56,124 nt of DNA, taken from IMG/VR virus record IMGVR_UViG_3300038749_000008, positions 1 to 56,124 of that record. One strand, given 5' to 3'. Shown in pieces: positions 27,974 to 36,303 of the stretch (positions are counted from its first letter, which is position 1; every line of letters begins with the position of its first letter). Source of the stretch: a virus (Duplodnaviria; Caudoviricetes). A program made the translations under genes and the position numbers. Under the pieces are notes generated by a model. The model saw only the letters and a list, made by a program, of their open reading frames with translations, made no database searches and had not been told where the DNA came from.

Positions 27974-28085
27974 TGTGTTACCTCAGGCCGACTGTTACCC
28001 TGATCTGGAACCCCAAGGCTGGCGTTTCATCGCGGCAAGCGCGCCCTCCCGCGGGGGTCACCCCCTCAGGGGCCCCTCGCCCTAG
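27784..28085. promoter_or_regulatory. Putative cos/packaging region with clustered TGTTACC repeats
   Basis: TGTTACC/GGTAACA at 27784, 27800, 27959, 27976, 27993 (near match at 27911); GC-rich symmetric segment ~28050-28083 upstream of terS. Confidence 0.55.
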
Positions 28086-28208
28086 GCGAGACCGCGCGGC
28101 GCGAGCCCATACAGGCTCGGCCATGTGCAAAGAGCCTCGGTCGAAACCCTCTGTACGCGTATCACTTCGCGCGCGCCAGCGGGCTCGTATGGGGCTGTGC
28201 CGCATCGA

Positions 28209-28535
28209 TCACTTCTTGCCATAGTTAGAACCCGGCATTGACCGCTGACTACCGTCGACGGCGCGATCGATCTTGTTCTCGATCCGCGCGACGGCGCCAT
28301 TGATAAAACCGAGTTGAGCCTCAACGGATGCCATGCGCTCGCCAAGGTTCGATTTAGCCTCGTTGGTCGCCTCGAGCGAATTGACCCGCGCCTCCATCGA
28401 GGCGCTGAAGCTCGCCGCCCACCACACCGCACCAAGCGTCTGGATGATGAGCGACAAGATGATGGCGATAGGCACGCGACGGTCCAAGGTCCAATGCGGA
28501 CGATCTGCCGGACCTTCTTCCATCGGGTAAGCCAT
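28209..28535 (-). CDS. Single-TM coiled-coil protein (XhlA/holin-accessory-like)
   Basis: 'WTLDRRVPIAIILSLIIQTLGAVWWA' followed by a heptad coiled-coil. Confidence 0.75.
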   Translation of the reverse strand: MAYPMEEGPADRPHWTLDRRVPIAIILSLIIQTLGAVWWAASFSASMEARVNSLEATNEAKSNLGERMASVEAQLGFINGAVARIENKIDRAVDGSQRSMPGSNYGKK

Positions 28536-28549
28536 GTGACTTCATCGCC

Positions 28550-28945
28550 TCAAAAGTTCAGGGCTATTGGCATAGGGGGCGAGATAAGCGCGGCGAGCTC
28601 GCGGTGACGCTCCCTGTGATGGATAGGGCATAGCCACATTACAGCACTGGCATGCTGATAACTGTCGTGATGGGCATGGACAAGATCAGTCGCCCCACAT
28701 CGCTCACAAGGTCTCTTGTCTATACCCCTTATCGAGACCCGGTATTCAACGATCTTGTGAGCAAGATACTTGTCGCGATTGGCTACATTGTAGCGGCGAT
28801 TGATCTCATTCTTCTGCTTCCGGTTGGCTGCCCAATGCTCGCGTTGCCGACGGGCGTCGCAGGGAAAACACTTCCATCTGATCTTTCCCGGCCGATCCCG
28901 CCGTGGCGTCGCAATTTGCCTACCGCCACATTTCTTACAGTGCAT
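28550..28945 (-). CDS. HNH endonuclease-like Zn protein
   Basis: 'PCERCG..VHAHHDSY..VMWLCPIHHRERH'; N-terminal CxxC motifs; next to the terminase. Confidence 0.78.
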   Translation of the reverse strand: MHCKKCGGRQIATPRRDRPGKIRWKCFPCDARRQREHWAANRKQKNEINRRYNVANRDKYLAHKIVEYRVSIRGIDKRPCERCGATDLVHAHHDSYQHASAVMWLCPIHHRERHRELAALISPPMPIALNF

Positions 28946-28955
28946 AGGCCACCAC

Positions 28956-29025
28956 AAAGAAAAACCCCGGCCGTTAGGCCGGGGTCAGTTTGGGAGGAAC
29001 GCTGCTTCAGGGAGTTCAACTCAAT
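28956..29025 (-). ncRNA. suhB/MmgR (alpha-r8)-like small RNA with terminator
   Basis: ...CUCCCUGAAGCAGCGUUCCUCCCAAACUG-ACCCCGGCC..GGCCGGGGU-UUUUC resembles the GUUuCCUCCCuaaACUu+terminator core as recalled from the family. Confidence 0.5.
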
Positions 29026-29079
29026 CCGCCGCAGCGGAAAGACGACATGAAGTCGGCTTGCCGGCGAGGCGGGCTGAAA

Positions 29080-29120
29080 CGAAATCGCCCGGCTCGACGA
29101 TGTGGCGTCGGCCGGGCGGA
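29080..29120 (-). terminator. Hairpin in the late leader (tR'-like)
   Basis: CGCCCGGC-CGACG..CGTCG-A-GCCGGGCG followed by ATTTCGTTTC. Confidence 0.45.
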
Positions 29121-29197
29121 GATTCGCTAGAGTAGTAATTTTCTACCTCAAAACTGTGCCAAGTGTGCCATGTGATTTTCATCTTTCCCCAACTTTC

Positions 29198-29776
29198 TCA
29201 CACTGGACGAGACAGCCGCTCGGCGATCACCCTTAACTGGAACTCCCAGCGCCGCCACACTGTGCGCTGCGAGCATCTGCATTCCTTCGCCACGATCCGT
29301 GCCGAGAGCTTGTCGCTCGCCAGCAACCAGAGGATTTTCCAATCTCTCGCCCGCTCGTTTCCCGCAAGGTGTTTATGCCAGCCGACGATGATATCCGCCC
29401 TGCCGATGGCGGCCCGATCCGGCGGCCCCTTGCGCAGGCGGATGGCCTCCACCTGATCCTGACCCGACCTTACGCGCTCCAGTTCCACTTCGAACTGCTC
29501 CTGCGCCTGCTTCTTGTCGTCATTGTCGTAAGCGATATCGGGCCATGCGACGCGGCTGCCCGACCTGATCCACCCCTGCTCGCGATCGGGAAGGCGGGCG
29601 AAGGTATCGGCCGCTTCGCGGAACAGCCGCCACAGAACGGCCGGCATCGGGGGATCGACATCTCCATCCTCTTCGCAAAGCGCGCGCCCAGCCGAAAGCA
29701 CCGCTCTAATCTTGTCGTCTTCCGACAGGAGCCGCCCGCCCGATTTCGGGAATGCCGACGCGCTATTTGCGGCCAT
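29198..29776 (-). CDS. Putative late-gene regulator (Q-position protein with C-terminal HTH)
   Basis: 'LFREAADTFARLP..WPD..PP..AAIGRAD' and HTH 'SARIVAKECRCSQRTVWRRW'; directly upstream of the late leader. Confidence 0.65.
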   Translation of the reverse strand: MAANSASAFPKSGGRLLSEDDKIRAVLSAGRALCEEDGDVDPPMPAVLWRLFREAADTFARLPDREQGWIRSGSRVAWPDIAYDNDDKKQAQEQFEVELERVRSGQDQVEAIRLRKGPPDRAAIGRADIIVGWHKHLAGNERARDWKILWLLASDKLSARIVAKECRCSQRTVWRRWEFQLRVIAERLSRPV

Positions 29777-29981
29777 GTTGAATTTTCCTCTTGCCGTAAG
29801 CCTTTTCCATCTCCGCCTCGACCGCGCGTCGCGCATCTACAGGAAGCCGATCCATCTGGTAAGGCATGATCAGCGCACCGCCGCTCTGCCACAGCGTCCG
29901 CGCATGCTTGCTGACGAGGTTGGGATCGGCGCCATTCGGGCCGACAAATGCGCCGAGCTGGGAGCGGAGATCGCGGCTCAT
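29763..29981 (-). CDS. Hypothetical protein
   Basis: RBS GAGGA, ATGA coupling, 72 aa. Confidence 0.6.
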   Translation of the reverse strand: MSRDLRSQLGAFVGPNGADPNLVSKHARTLWQSGGALIMPYQMDRLPVDARRAVEAEMEKAYGKRKIQHGRK

Positions 29982-30787
29982 GCCTGAATTTCCTCTGACT
30001 TCGGCGCCATCCAGCCGCGCGACTTCAACCACGGCCACGCCCGCCGCGCATCCGAAAGAGCCTTCTCTTTCAGGAAGGCAAGATCGGAGCGTTTGAGGAC
30101 TTGCGTTCCAACGCGGGCTCTCAGGATGGCCGTCGCGAGATCGCTGATTTCCGGTTCTTCCGGTTCAACCACCGCCACGACATCCGCCGACCGGTCGTTC
30201 TTGTCGTTTTCCGCAAGCCCACCCGCCGCAAGCGCCCGCCGCCATCCCTCAATTTGAACCTTGCGCCTCGCCCGATCGTCCTCGGTGAGGTTCTGTGGCA
30301 CCTCCCGCTCCACCCTTTCATAGTCGCGGAGACCGCGCAGCTTGCTAACGACCATCAGGCGACTGTTCAATGCGGCCGCCGCGGCTTCCCGGATTTCCGC
30401 CGGCATTGGAAAAAACTTGATCTTCGCCACGCAGTGGAGGCATGCATCCCACAAAATGTCGGGTGGCAGATCGCTCAACGTCTTGTGATAAACGTCGAAG
30501 CGGGCCTTCTGCATATTCTCATCGGCCTGCCGGGGCGGATAGACCGAGAGCAGTGCCAGAAGGCATGCGCGCCGCTGCGGCGTCGTCGCCGGCCTGAGCG
30601 ATTTCTCAGCCGCATCTATCGCCGCGGCGATGCCCATTAATTCTTCCGCCGAATGCCCGTGAGCAAGAACGACCTTGCGGGCACCGTGATCGAACTCGGC
30701 TTCAAAAATCACCCGAAGCAGCAAGTCCGGCAACTGCGGTTGTATATCGATGATCTCCTGCGGCTTTTGCACCTGAAGCTCGTTCAT
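29978..30787 (-). CDS. Putative helicase loader-like replication protein (P position)
   Basis: 'YHKTLSDLPPDILWDAC..KFFPMPAEIRE'; follows the initiator gene. Confidence 0.65.
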   Translation of the reverse strand: MNELQVQKPQEIIDIQPQLPDLLLRVIFEAEFDHGARKVVLAHGHSAEELMGIAAAIDAAEKSLRPATTPQRRACLLALLSVYPPRQADENMQKARFDVYHKTLSDLPPDILWDACLHCVAKIKFFPMPAEIREAAAAALNSRLMVVSKLRGLRDYERVEREVPQNLTEDDRARRKVQIEGWRRALAAGGLAENDKNDRSADVVAVVEPEEPEISDLATAILRARVGTQVLKRSDLAFLKEKALSDARRAWPWLKSRGWMAPKSEEIQA

Positions 30788-31553
30788 CGGCGTTCCCTTT
30801 CGGCATGGGTCTGGTGCGGCGCGCCATCGCATCGGCGATAGGTCCGTCGAAATAGTTCCACGAGCGGATCGTGTATGGCCGCCCCTTGGTTGCGTGAAGT
30901 TTGATCGTCGGGATGATGTCGAGGTTCCAATCCGCACCCTGCTGAAGCCAATAGAGCGGTCGCGCCATGACCTGCAGGTCGGGGGAAGCCGGCAAATTCA
31001 ATGAGTTGCCTGCGGCGGCGAAGAGTTCAGCCTGCATCGATTCGGTGATGCAATCGCGCGCGCGCGTATCAGCAGCATCCTCTATTGGTGTCTGGTGTTT
31101 GGTGTCTGGTGTTTGGAGAGCTTTTGTCTGGGTTTCTATTTCGGAACCCGGCGAAAACCCAGTGGGTTTATTCTGTGTTTCTATTTCTGAACCCAGAGAA
31201 AACCCACTGGGTTTATTCTGGGTTTCTTCCGGTTTCTTTTTAGGCCGCCCGCCGCGCTTTCCGTTATCCTTCGCTGCGCCGATGCGGGTTCGCGCCTTTG
31301 CTATTTCCTCCTCAGCACGACGGTTGATCCACAGGCCGTCAACCAGCGTGAAGAATTCCTTCAGTACGGTGTCGACAGCCTGTCGCTCTTCGCGCGTGCG
31401 CGCCCGCGCGAAACGGTGAGCCTGATCGTCCGGAATTCCCTGCTCTGTGCCGTAATAGCGATCGAGAAGAAGGCGGTAGGCTCCATGCTCCAGAATGGAC
31501 AGGTGCGCGGTGTCCTTCGCGTAGTCGCCCAGATGATGCTCGTAGTAATTCAT
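30702..31553 (-). CDS. Replication initiator, YdaU/DUF1376 family
   Basis: 'MNYYEHHLGDYAKDTAHLSILEHGAYRLLLDRYY', 'NGKRGGRPKK'; internal repeats. Confidence 0.9.
   Translation of the reverse strand: MNYYEHHLGDYAKDTAHLSILEHGAYRLLLDRYYGTEQGIPDDQAHRFARARTREERQAVDTVLKEFFTLVDGLWINRRAEEEIAKARTRIGAAKDNGKRGGRPKKKPEETQNKPSGFSLGSEIETQNKPTGFSPGSEIETQTKALQTPDTKHQTPIEDAADTRARDCITESMQAELFAAAGNSLNLPASPDLQVMARPLYWLQQGADWNLDIIPTIKLHATKGRPYTIRSWNYFDGPIADAMARRTRPMPKGNADERASGAKAAGDHRYTTAVAGLAASGDF
31086..31227. repeat. Putative phage origin: 45-bp tandem iterons plus short TGGTGT(C/T) repeats within the initiator gene
   Basis: 45-bp units at 31130 and 31175 (partial at 31220), each containing the near-palindrome AAACCCA(G/C)TGGGTTT; 7-bp repeats at 31086-31116. 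Confidence 0.75.
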
Positions 31554-31888
31554 CAGGTTACCCGTCGCAACACGCCGGCCATGATGCGTTCCATCTCCCG
31601 CGCCATGATAGGATCGGAATCTATTTCCTTCGCGATGACCTGCGTCGCGTAGACCACCGTTGTGTGGTCGCGTTCGAATTCGCGCCCCAACTGCGTTGTG
31701 CTCTTGCCGCTATTCTCGCGGGCCAGATACATCGCGATCTGCCTGGGCCGCGAAATACGCCGCTCGCGGCGCTGGCTCAAAATATCCCCGACCGTCAGTC
31801 CGAAATGATCCGCCACCGCGCGAATGATTTCGGAGACCATCGGCCGGCGTGTCGGAATATGCTGGTCTCCTCGCATGGCCGTAATCAT
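31553..31888 (-). CDS. DnaA domain IV (Bac_DnaA_C)-like HTH protein
   Basis: 'IIRAVADHFGLTVGDILSQRRERRISRPRQIAMYLARE..STTQLGREFERDHTTVVYA'. Confidence 0.9.
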   Translation of the reverse strand: MITAMRGDQHIPTRRPMVSEIIRAVADHFGLTVGDILSQRRERRISRPRQIAMYLARENSGKSTTQLGREFERDHTTVVYATQVIAKEIDSDPIMAREMERIMAGVLRRVT

Positions 31889-32280
31889 CGCGCCCACCTC
31901 GGAAGGTCGATCTCGAGCGCCTGTGGGTCATTGGCGGCAATACGCCATTTGCAGCGCGTGGCGGGTTGCGTCGTTTTCGGCAAGCCGGGCGGTAGCGCGG
32001 AGCGCAGATAGAACGGTGCCTCCCCGTTCGGATAGTCGTTCCGGTGTTCGACCTGAAGCGACCTCGCGAACCGCGTCGACCGTTTGACCCTGATCTTGCC
32101 CTTGTCGTCTCCGTAGCCGACGAAGACGCCAAGTTTCACTCCCTCCGCCCATCCCAGCCGCTTGAGAATGCCCTGGCGCATGCGGATGCAGAGGTTCGGC
32201 CCCTGCTTCGACACGTGGATGGAAAGAGAGAGGAAGTCGGGATCGGTCGCCCGCTTGTCACGCAACAATTCAAAGCTCAT
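31885..32280 (-). CDS. Hypothetical protein (possible AbrB-like DNA-binding fold)
   Basis: 'ILKRLGWAEGVKLGVFVG..DKGKIRV'; ATGA coupling on both sides. Confidence 0.6.
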   Translation of the reverse strand: MSFELLRDKRATDPDFLSLSIHVSKQGPNLCIRMRQGILKRLGWAEGVKLGVFVGYGDDKGKIRVKRSTRFARSLQVEHRNDYPNGEAPFYLRSALPPGLPKTTQPATRCKWRIAANDPQALEIDLPRWAR

Positions 32281-35200
32281 GCGACCTCCACCAGGTCGAA
32301 GAGCGACGGCGTTCCCATCTCGCGGGCGGCAGCCTCGACATAAGCGACACCGTCGAGGAAATAGCCGGGATTGAGTTCGATCCCGATGCCCTTGCGTCCC
32401 ATTTTCACCGCCCGGAAAGGCACGGTCATCAGGCCGCCGAAGGGATCGAAGACCGTCTCGCCAGGCATCGTGTATTGCGCGATCGCGCGGTCGACGATGT
32501 CAAACTGAAGCGGGCAATTTTTGACGATGCATCCCTCGGCCGTGAAGCTCTCGTCCTCTTCAACGCGGAGACACCATGTCTCCACATCGCCCACCGCATC
32601 GGCGCTTCTCACTTTCTTCCAGGCGCCATCGGCGGCGATGAACGGCAACCCCTTGGACCGCTTTGCGGATGGAATGTCGAACGACAACACCCATTCCTGC
32701 TTCGTCACAACATGGCGGCCTTCGATCATGGTCGCGCCTTCCGATCTGCCTGCGTAGACGCTTGCCACCGCGCCGTAGACCCGTTGGGCCAGCAGCGATA
32801 TGCCGAGAAGCAAGGCACGTGAGACGCTGGAGGCCGACCAGCGCATCCGTGTCCGGTTGTAGTGTCCGTCACCAGATAGATATCCTGCGAGAAGGCTGCT
32901 CGCTTGAGCTGTCGGAAGGGAGAGAAGTTCGCCGGGCAAGTTCTTGTTAGCCGCGCCCCGTCCGCATCGTCCGAGCACAGTCCGAACGGCTTTCGAGAGG
33001 CCTTTGAGCCGAATCTGAATGGCCGTTCCGCGATGCCGAGTTCCGGCGTGTCTACCGGACATTCTCTCGAATTCATCGAGCTTCTCCGGGCCGATGCTTA
33101 CCCAATAATCGCCTCGCGTTCCTACATGACCATCAGCGATCCAGCGACCGATCAGCCAGCACTCGGTTTCAGTCAAGGAAGACGGCTGCACCGGCGGTAG
33201 CTTTTGGTTGATGTAACTGCCGACCGTCTCATCCGCTCGCACCCAAACGGGGTCACGCTTCATCGCATCCTGCCGCGAGTGGTTTTGGGCCGAAGGGATA
33301 TCCCGGACCTTTCGTGTCCACAGTTTGTGATCGGGTGTAAGCAGGAGGGCCGCGACACCCTGGGCATGAAGGCCCACAACCGGTTTCGTTCCGGTCTTCC
33401 TCACCACCGTCACGCGCCGCCAGCGTCCCTTGTGGGTGAGCACGAAGTCGCCAGACTTCACTTCCTCAATCGGGCGGTACCCATCCAGCGTGAGCACCAA
33501 CGACCCGCGCGCCAGGCAGAGATGCATCTCCTTCCCCTTCGCGTGCTGCGCGCCGTTGAGTGTCAGCATGCGCGTAACATCGGTCCAGACGTCCGGGTGC
33601 CAGCTTTGTGGCGGCAAGAGCATGAAGGTCGGTGGTAGGCTTCCATGGGCCTCCAGCGCCTCACCGATCATGATGTGGTGCTCAAAGTCGTAGACGCTGG
33701 CATGGGAGAAGGCGCGGAAGACCTTATAGACCTCATCCGCTGGCAGCCCGGTCAGCTCCTCCGCCTTCAGCAGCCGGTTGCCGTCTGAGCGCGAGAAGCC
33801 ATGCGCGTCGATCTGCCAACGAGCGCGGCTATAACCGCCCTCGTTGACCCAATGGTCGCTCTTCCACTCCTTCTTATCCTTCACCACCGGCACGTCCGCA
33901 TAGCCGTTGCTGCGATCGGTCGGTGGCTTTCGGAAGAGCAGGAGATATTCGGGAAGCCCCGCACCCATGCGGCTCCCGTCCTTGCACTGTTCCGTCCATC
34001 CCAGCCGATAGGTCTGGTTGTTCTCGCGCACAACGTCGGTAACGATCGTCTTCCGCGCGAGAAAGGCGAAGCCGTGGCGGCGGAAATGCGCAACGCAATC
34101 GTCGCTGAAGGGCGAGACCGTCTGGAAGCCGAGGCCGTTGATCCCGCCCGGCGTGATCCGGTCCTTGACGTGAACGGCCGCGATGCGCCCCGGCTGCAGC
34201 ACGCGCAACAATTCCGGCGTCAGGAAATCCATCTGTCGCCAGAAATGCCCGTCATCGTCGGTGTGACCGAAATCGTTGAAGCTCGGGGTATACTCATACT
34301 GCGTCGAGAAAGGGATCGAGGTCACGATAAGATCGACGCTATCGGCTTCCATCCTTCGCGTCTCCTCAACGCAGTCATTGTTGACCAGCCGGTACTTTTC
34401 CGCCGCGACCTCAATGCGCTCGACGCCGAAGCTGCGGGCGAGCGTGTCGGCCATCGCCGCCTCCGAGAGGCCATATTTTTTGACGATCTCGGTCATGATT
34501 TTCCTCTGGTCATTGTGACGCTTCCATTTCTCTTCGATACTGAGCCGGATCGGCCGCTCGGCCTCGGTGTAGATCAGGTCGACCCGGCAGGCATGCGGCT
34601 GGCCGAAGCGCTGCACGCGATGGATGGCCTGTATCATGTCGTTGAACTTGAACCCGATGCCGAGGAATATTTCCCACCAGCAATGCCGCTGGAAGTTGCA
34701 ACCAGAGCCGGCGATGCGCGGCTTGGTGGCGAGCTCCGCGAAGATTCCGTCGGAGAATTCGATGATCGCCTTTTCTTTGTCTTCGATGTTCTGGGCGCCG
34801 TAGACGCTGACGACAGAAGGAATCGCCTGCTCGATCGCGCGGCGTTCATCCTCGAGGTCATGCCAGATGATCCTGTGCGCGCCGGGATCTTCGGTCCGCA
34901 ACGCCATGAGCTTATCGAGACGGGCATCAAGGCTCTCGCGCTTTTCACGCGCCGCGCTCTGCACGCCGATCGCGGCATTCCGCATGAGAAGGCCTTGACC
35001 GCTCTTCTCGTATCCTGCGGTTGAGTGATCGGATGGGATTTCGTGCCAGCGGACATCGATGTCGGGAAGGACATATCCGTCATCGGAGAAGCCGAGATCG
35101 GAGGGTTTTTCGATAAACAGCGCCCAACTCGCGACCCATAGCCAGAACTCGCGTTCCTTGTGCGGATGGAGGACAAGCTTGTCCGCCTTTTCAGAATTGC

Positions 35201-35843
35201 GCTTGAAGAAGCGGGTCTTTGCCTCCCCGACATCCATCACCTCGAGGAATGCCGCATAGGCCAGCAACTCGATATAATCGTTCGGGCTCGGCGTCGCCGT
35301 GGCGACGAACTTGAATTTCAACCCGTCGAACAGGCGCATGAATTCGCGGAAGGTCTTCGAACCGCCGAAGCCGCGCAAGACCGAGGCTTCATCAAGCGAG
35401 GCGGCGACGAAGAGCTTCGGGTCCAGCTTGCCGTCGCGCACCGTCTCATAATTCGTGAGGTGGATGGTGTAGCCATGCTCGCCCTGCGCCACTTCCATCT
35501 CGGCCGCGCTGCGGATGAATTTGAGCCGCACCGCATATTCGCCGTTGAAGTAAAGTCCTGCGTCGCGTGGGAACTCCTGTTTAACGCCCAACGGAAGCAC
35601 CACCAGCGTCGGGCCGCCGAGATGCCGTCCGGCCAGCCGCATCATTTCGATCTGCATGCTGGTCTTGTGCAGACCGAACGCCGCGAAGATTGCACGCCGC
35701 CCACCGCGAAGCGCCCAGCGCACCGCCGATTGAACGTGAAGCTTCAGTTGCGGGTTGATCGCCGCCGGCGCGACATCGAAACCATCCTTTGTCGCCAGCC
35801 GGATTTTCTGCTCGAGGAACTCGCGATAGGTGTCGGGCTTCAT
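32277..35843 (-). CDS. SF2 helicase - N4/N6 amino-DNA methyltransferase fusion containing an intein
   Basis: Helicase 'FGLHKT', 'LDEAS', 'TATPSPND', 'QAIHRVQRFGQ'; MTase 'VTSIPF' and 'FDPFGGLMT..GIELNPGY'. Confidence 0.9.
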   Translation of the reverse strand: MKPDTYREFLEQKIRLATKDGFDVAPAAINPQLKLHVQSAVRWALRGGRRAIFAAFGLHKTSMQIEMMRLAGRHLGGPTLVVLPLGVKQEFPRDAGLYFNGEYAVRLKFIRSAAEMEVAQGEHGYTIHLTNYETVRDGKLDPKLFVAASLDEASVLRGFGGSKTFREFMRLFDGLKFKFVATATPSPNDYIELLAYAAFLEVMDVGEAKTRFFKRNSEKADKLVLHPHKEREFWLWVASWALFIEKPSDLGFSDDGYVLPDIDVRWHEIPSDHSTAGYEKSGQGLLMRNAAIGVQSAAREKRESLDARLDKLMALRTEDPGAHRIIWHDLEDERRAIEQAIPSVVSVYGAQNIEDKEKAIIEFSDGIFAELATKPRIAGSGCNFQRHCWWEIFLGIGFKFNDMIQAIHRVQRFGQPHACRVDLIYTEAERPIRLSIEEKWKRHNDQRKIMTEIVKKYGLSEAAMADTLARSFGVERIEVAAEKYRLVNNDCVEETRRMEADSVDLIVTSIPFSTQYEYTPSFNDFGHTDDDGHFWRQMDFLTPELLRVLQPGRIAAVHVKDRITPGGINGLGFQTVSPFSDDCVAHFRRHGFAFLARKTIVTDVVRENNQTYRLGWTEQCKDGSRMGAGLPEYLLLFRKPPTDRSNGYADVPVVKDKKEWKSDHWVNEGGYSRARWQIDAHGFSRSDGNRLLKAEELTGLPADEVYKVFRAFSHASVYDFEHHIMIGEALEAHGSLPPTFMLLPPQSWHPDVWTDVTRMLTLNGAQHAKGKEMHLCLARGSLVLTLDGYRPIEEVKSGDFVLTHKGRWRRVTVVRKTGTKPVVGLHAQGVAALLLTPDHKLWTRKVRDIPSAQNHSRQDAMKRDPVWVRADETVGSYINQKLPPVQPSSLTETECWLIGRWIADGHVGTRGDYWVSIGPEKLDEFERMSGRHAGTRHRGTAIQIRLKGLSKAVRTVLGRCGRGAANKNLPGELLSLPTAQASSLLAGYLSGDGHYNRTRMRWSASSVSRALLLGISLLAQRVYGAVASVYAGRSEGATMIEGRHVVTKQEWVLSFDIPSAKRSKGLPFIAADGAWKKVRSADAVGDVETWCLRVEEDESFTAEGCIVKNCPLQFDIVDRAIAQYTMPGETVFDPFGGLMTVPFRAVKMGRKGIGIELNPGYFLDGVAYVEAAAREMGTPSLFDLVEVA
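32517..33518 (-). mobile_element. Intein (334 aa) with LAGLIDADG homing endonuclease
   Basis: Starts 'CLARGSLVLT', block B 'LTPDHKLW', EN motifs 'LIGRWIADG' and 'LLAGYLSGDG', ends 'FTAEGCIVKN' followed by Cys+1; splicing restores 'MHLCPLQFD'. Confidence 0.93.
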
Positions 35844-36301
35844 ATCTTCACCAGTGGGTCGAGTTTGATGCTCTCCGCCAGCGCGGCAGGGCGAGATGAA
35901 TTTACGATGTCGAGCATGGCCTCAGCGTCACCGCTACGCGTATGAAGTGCTTGCGCGAGAGCGATGGGATCTATGTTCAGCGCATGCCACCACTCGCGTT
36001 CATTGGTTGTGTGCTGGCTGTCTTTCGCCTGGCGGTGATGACCAACGCAAAGCGGCACAGTCCAGCGGTCGGACGGTTTCTCGCCCATCCCCGCCGGTTG
36101 CTTTCCTATTTCAGGAACGCCATAGCGAATATGAGCGGCCTCCACCGGCCACCGGGCGCAGACGATACATGGCAGCCTGGAAATACATTCGAGGTGCGCG
36201 CGATCCCGCTCGCGCGGGTTCCGCCACGCCTCAAAGGTTTCCCGATGAGGCGTGGCGACCAGTGCGGTCGAGTTCAAAAGTGACGCCACACGGCTTGCCA
36301 T
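35840..36301 (-). CDS. DUF968/Ref-like HNH-fold protein
   Basis: 'HLECISRLPCIVC..AAHIR..GMGEKPSDRWTVPLCVGHHR'. Confidence 0.8.
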   Translation of the reverse strand: MASRVASLLNSTALVATPHRETFEAWRNPRERDRAHLECISRLPCIVCARWPVEAAHIRYGVPEIGKQPAGMGEKPSDRWTVPLCVGHHRQAKDSQHTTNEREWWHALNIDPIALAQALHTRSGDAEAMLDIVNSSRPAALAESIKLDPLVKI

Positions 36302-36303
36302 GG

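Noticed and set aside
29145-29172. Sigma54 promoter from TGGCAC motifs in the late leader
   Set aside because: The -12 TTGC element is absent at the required spacing for both copies; kept only as a direct repeat.
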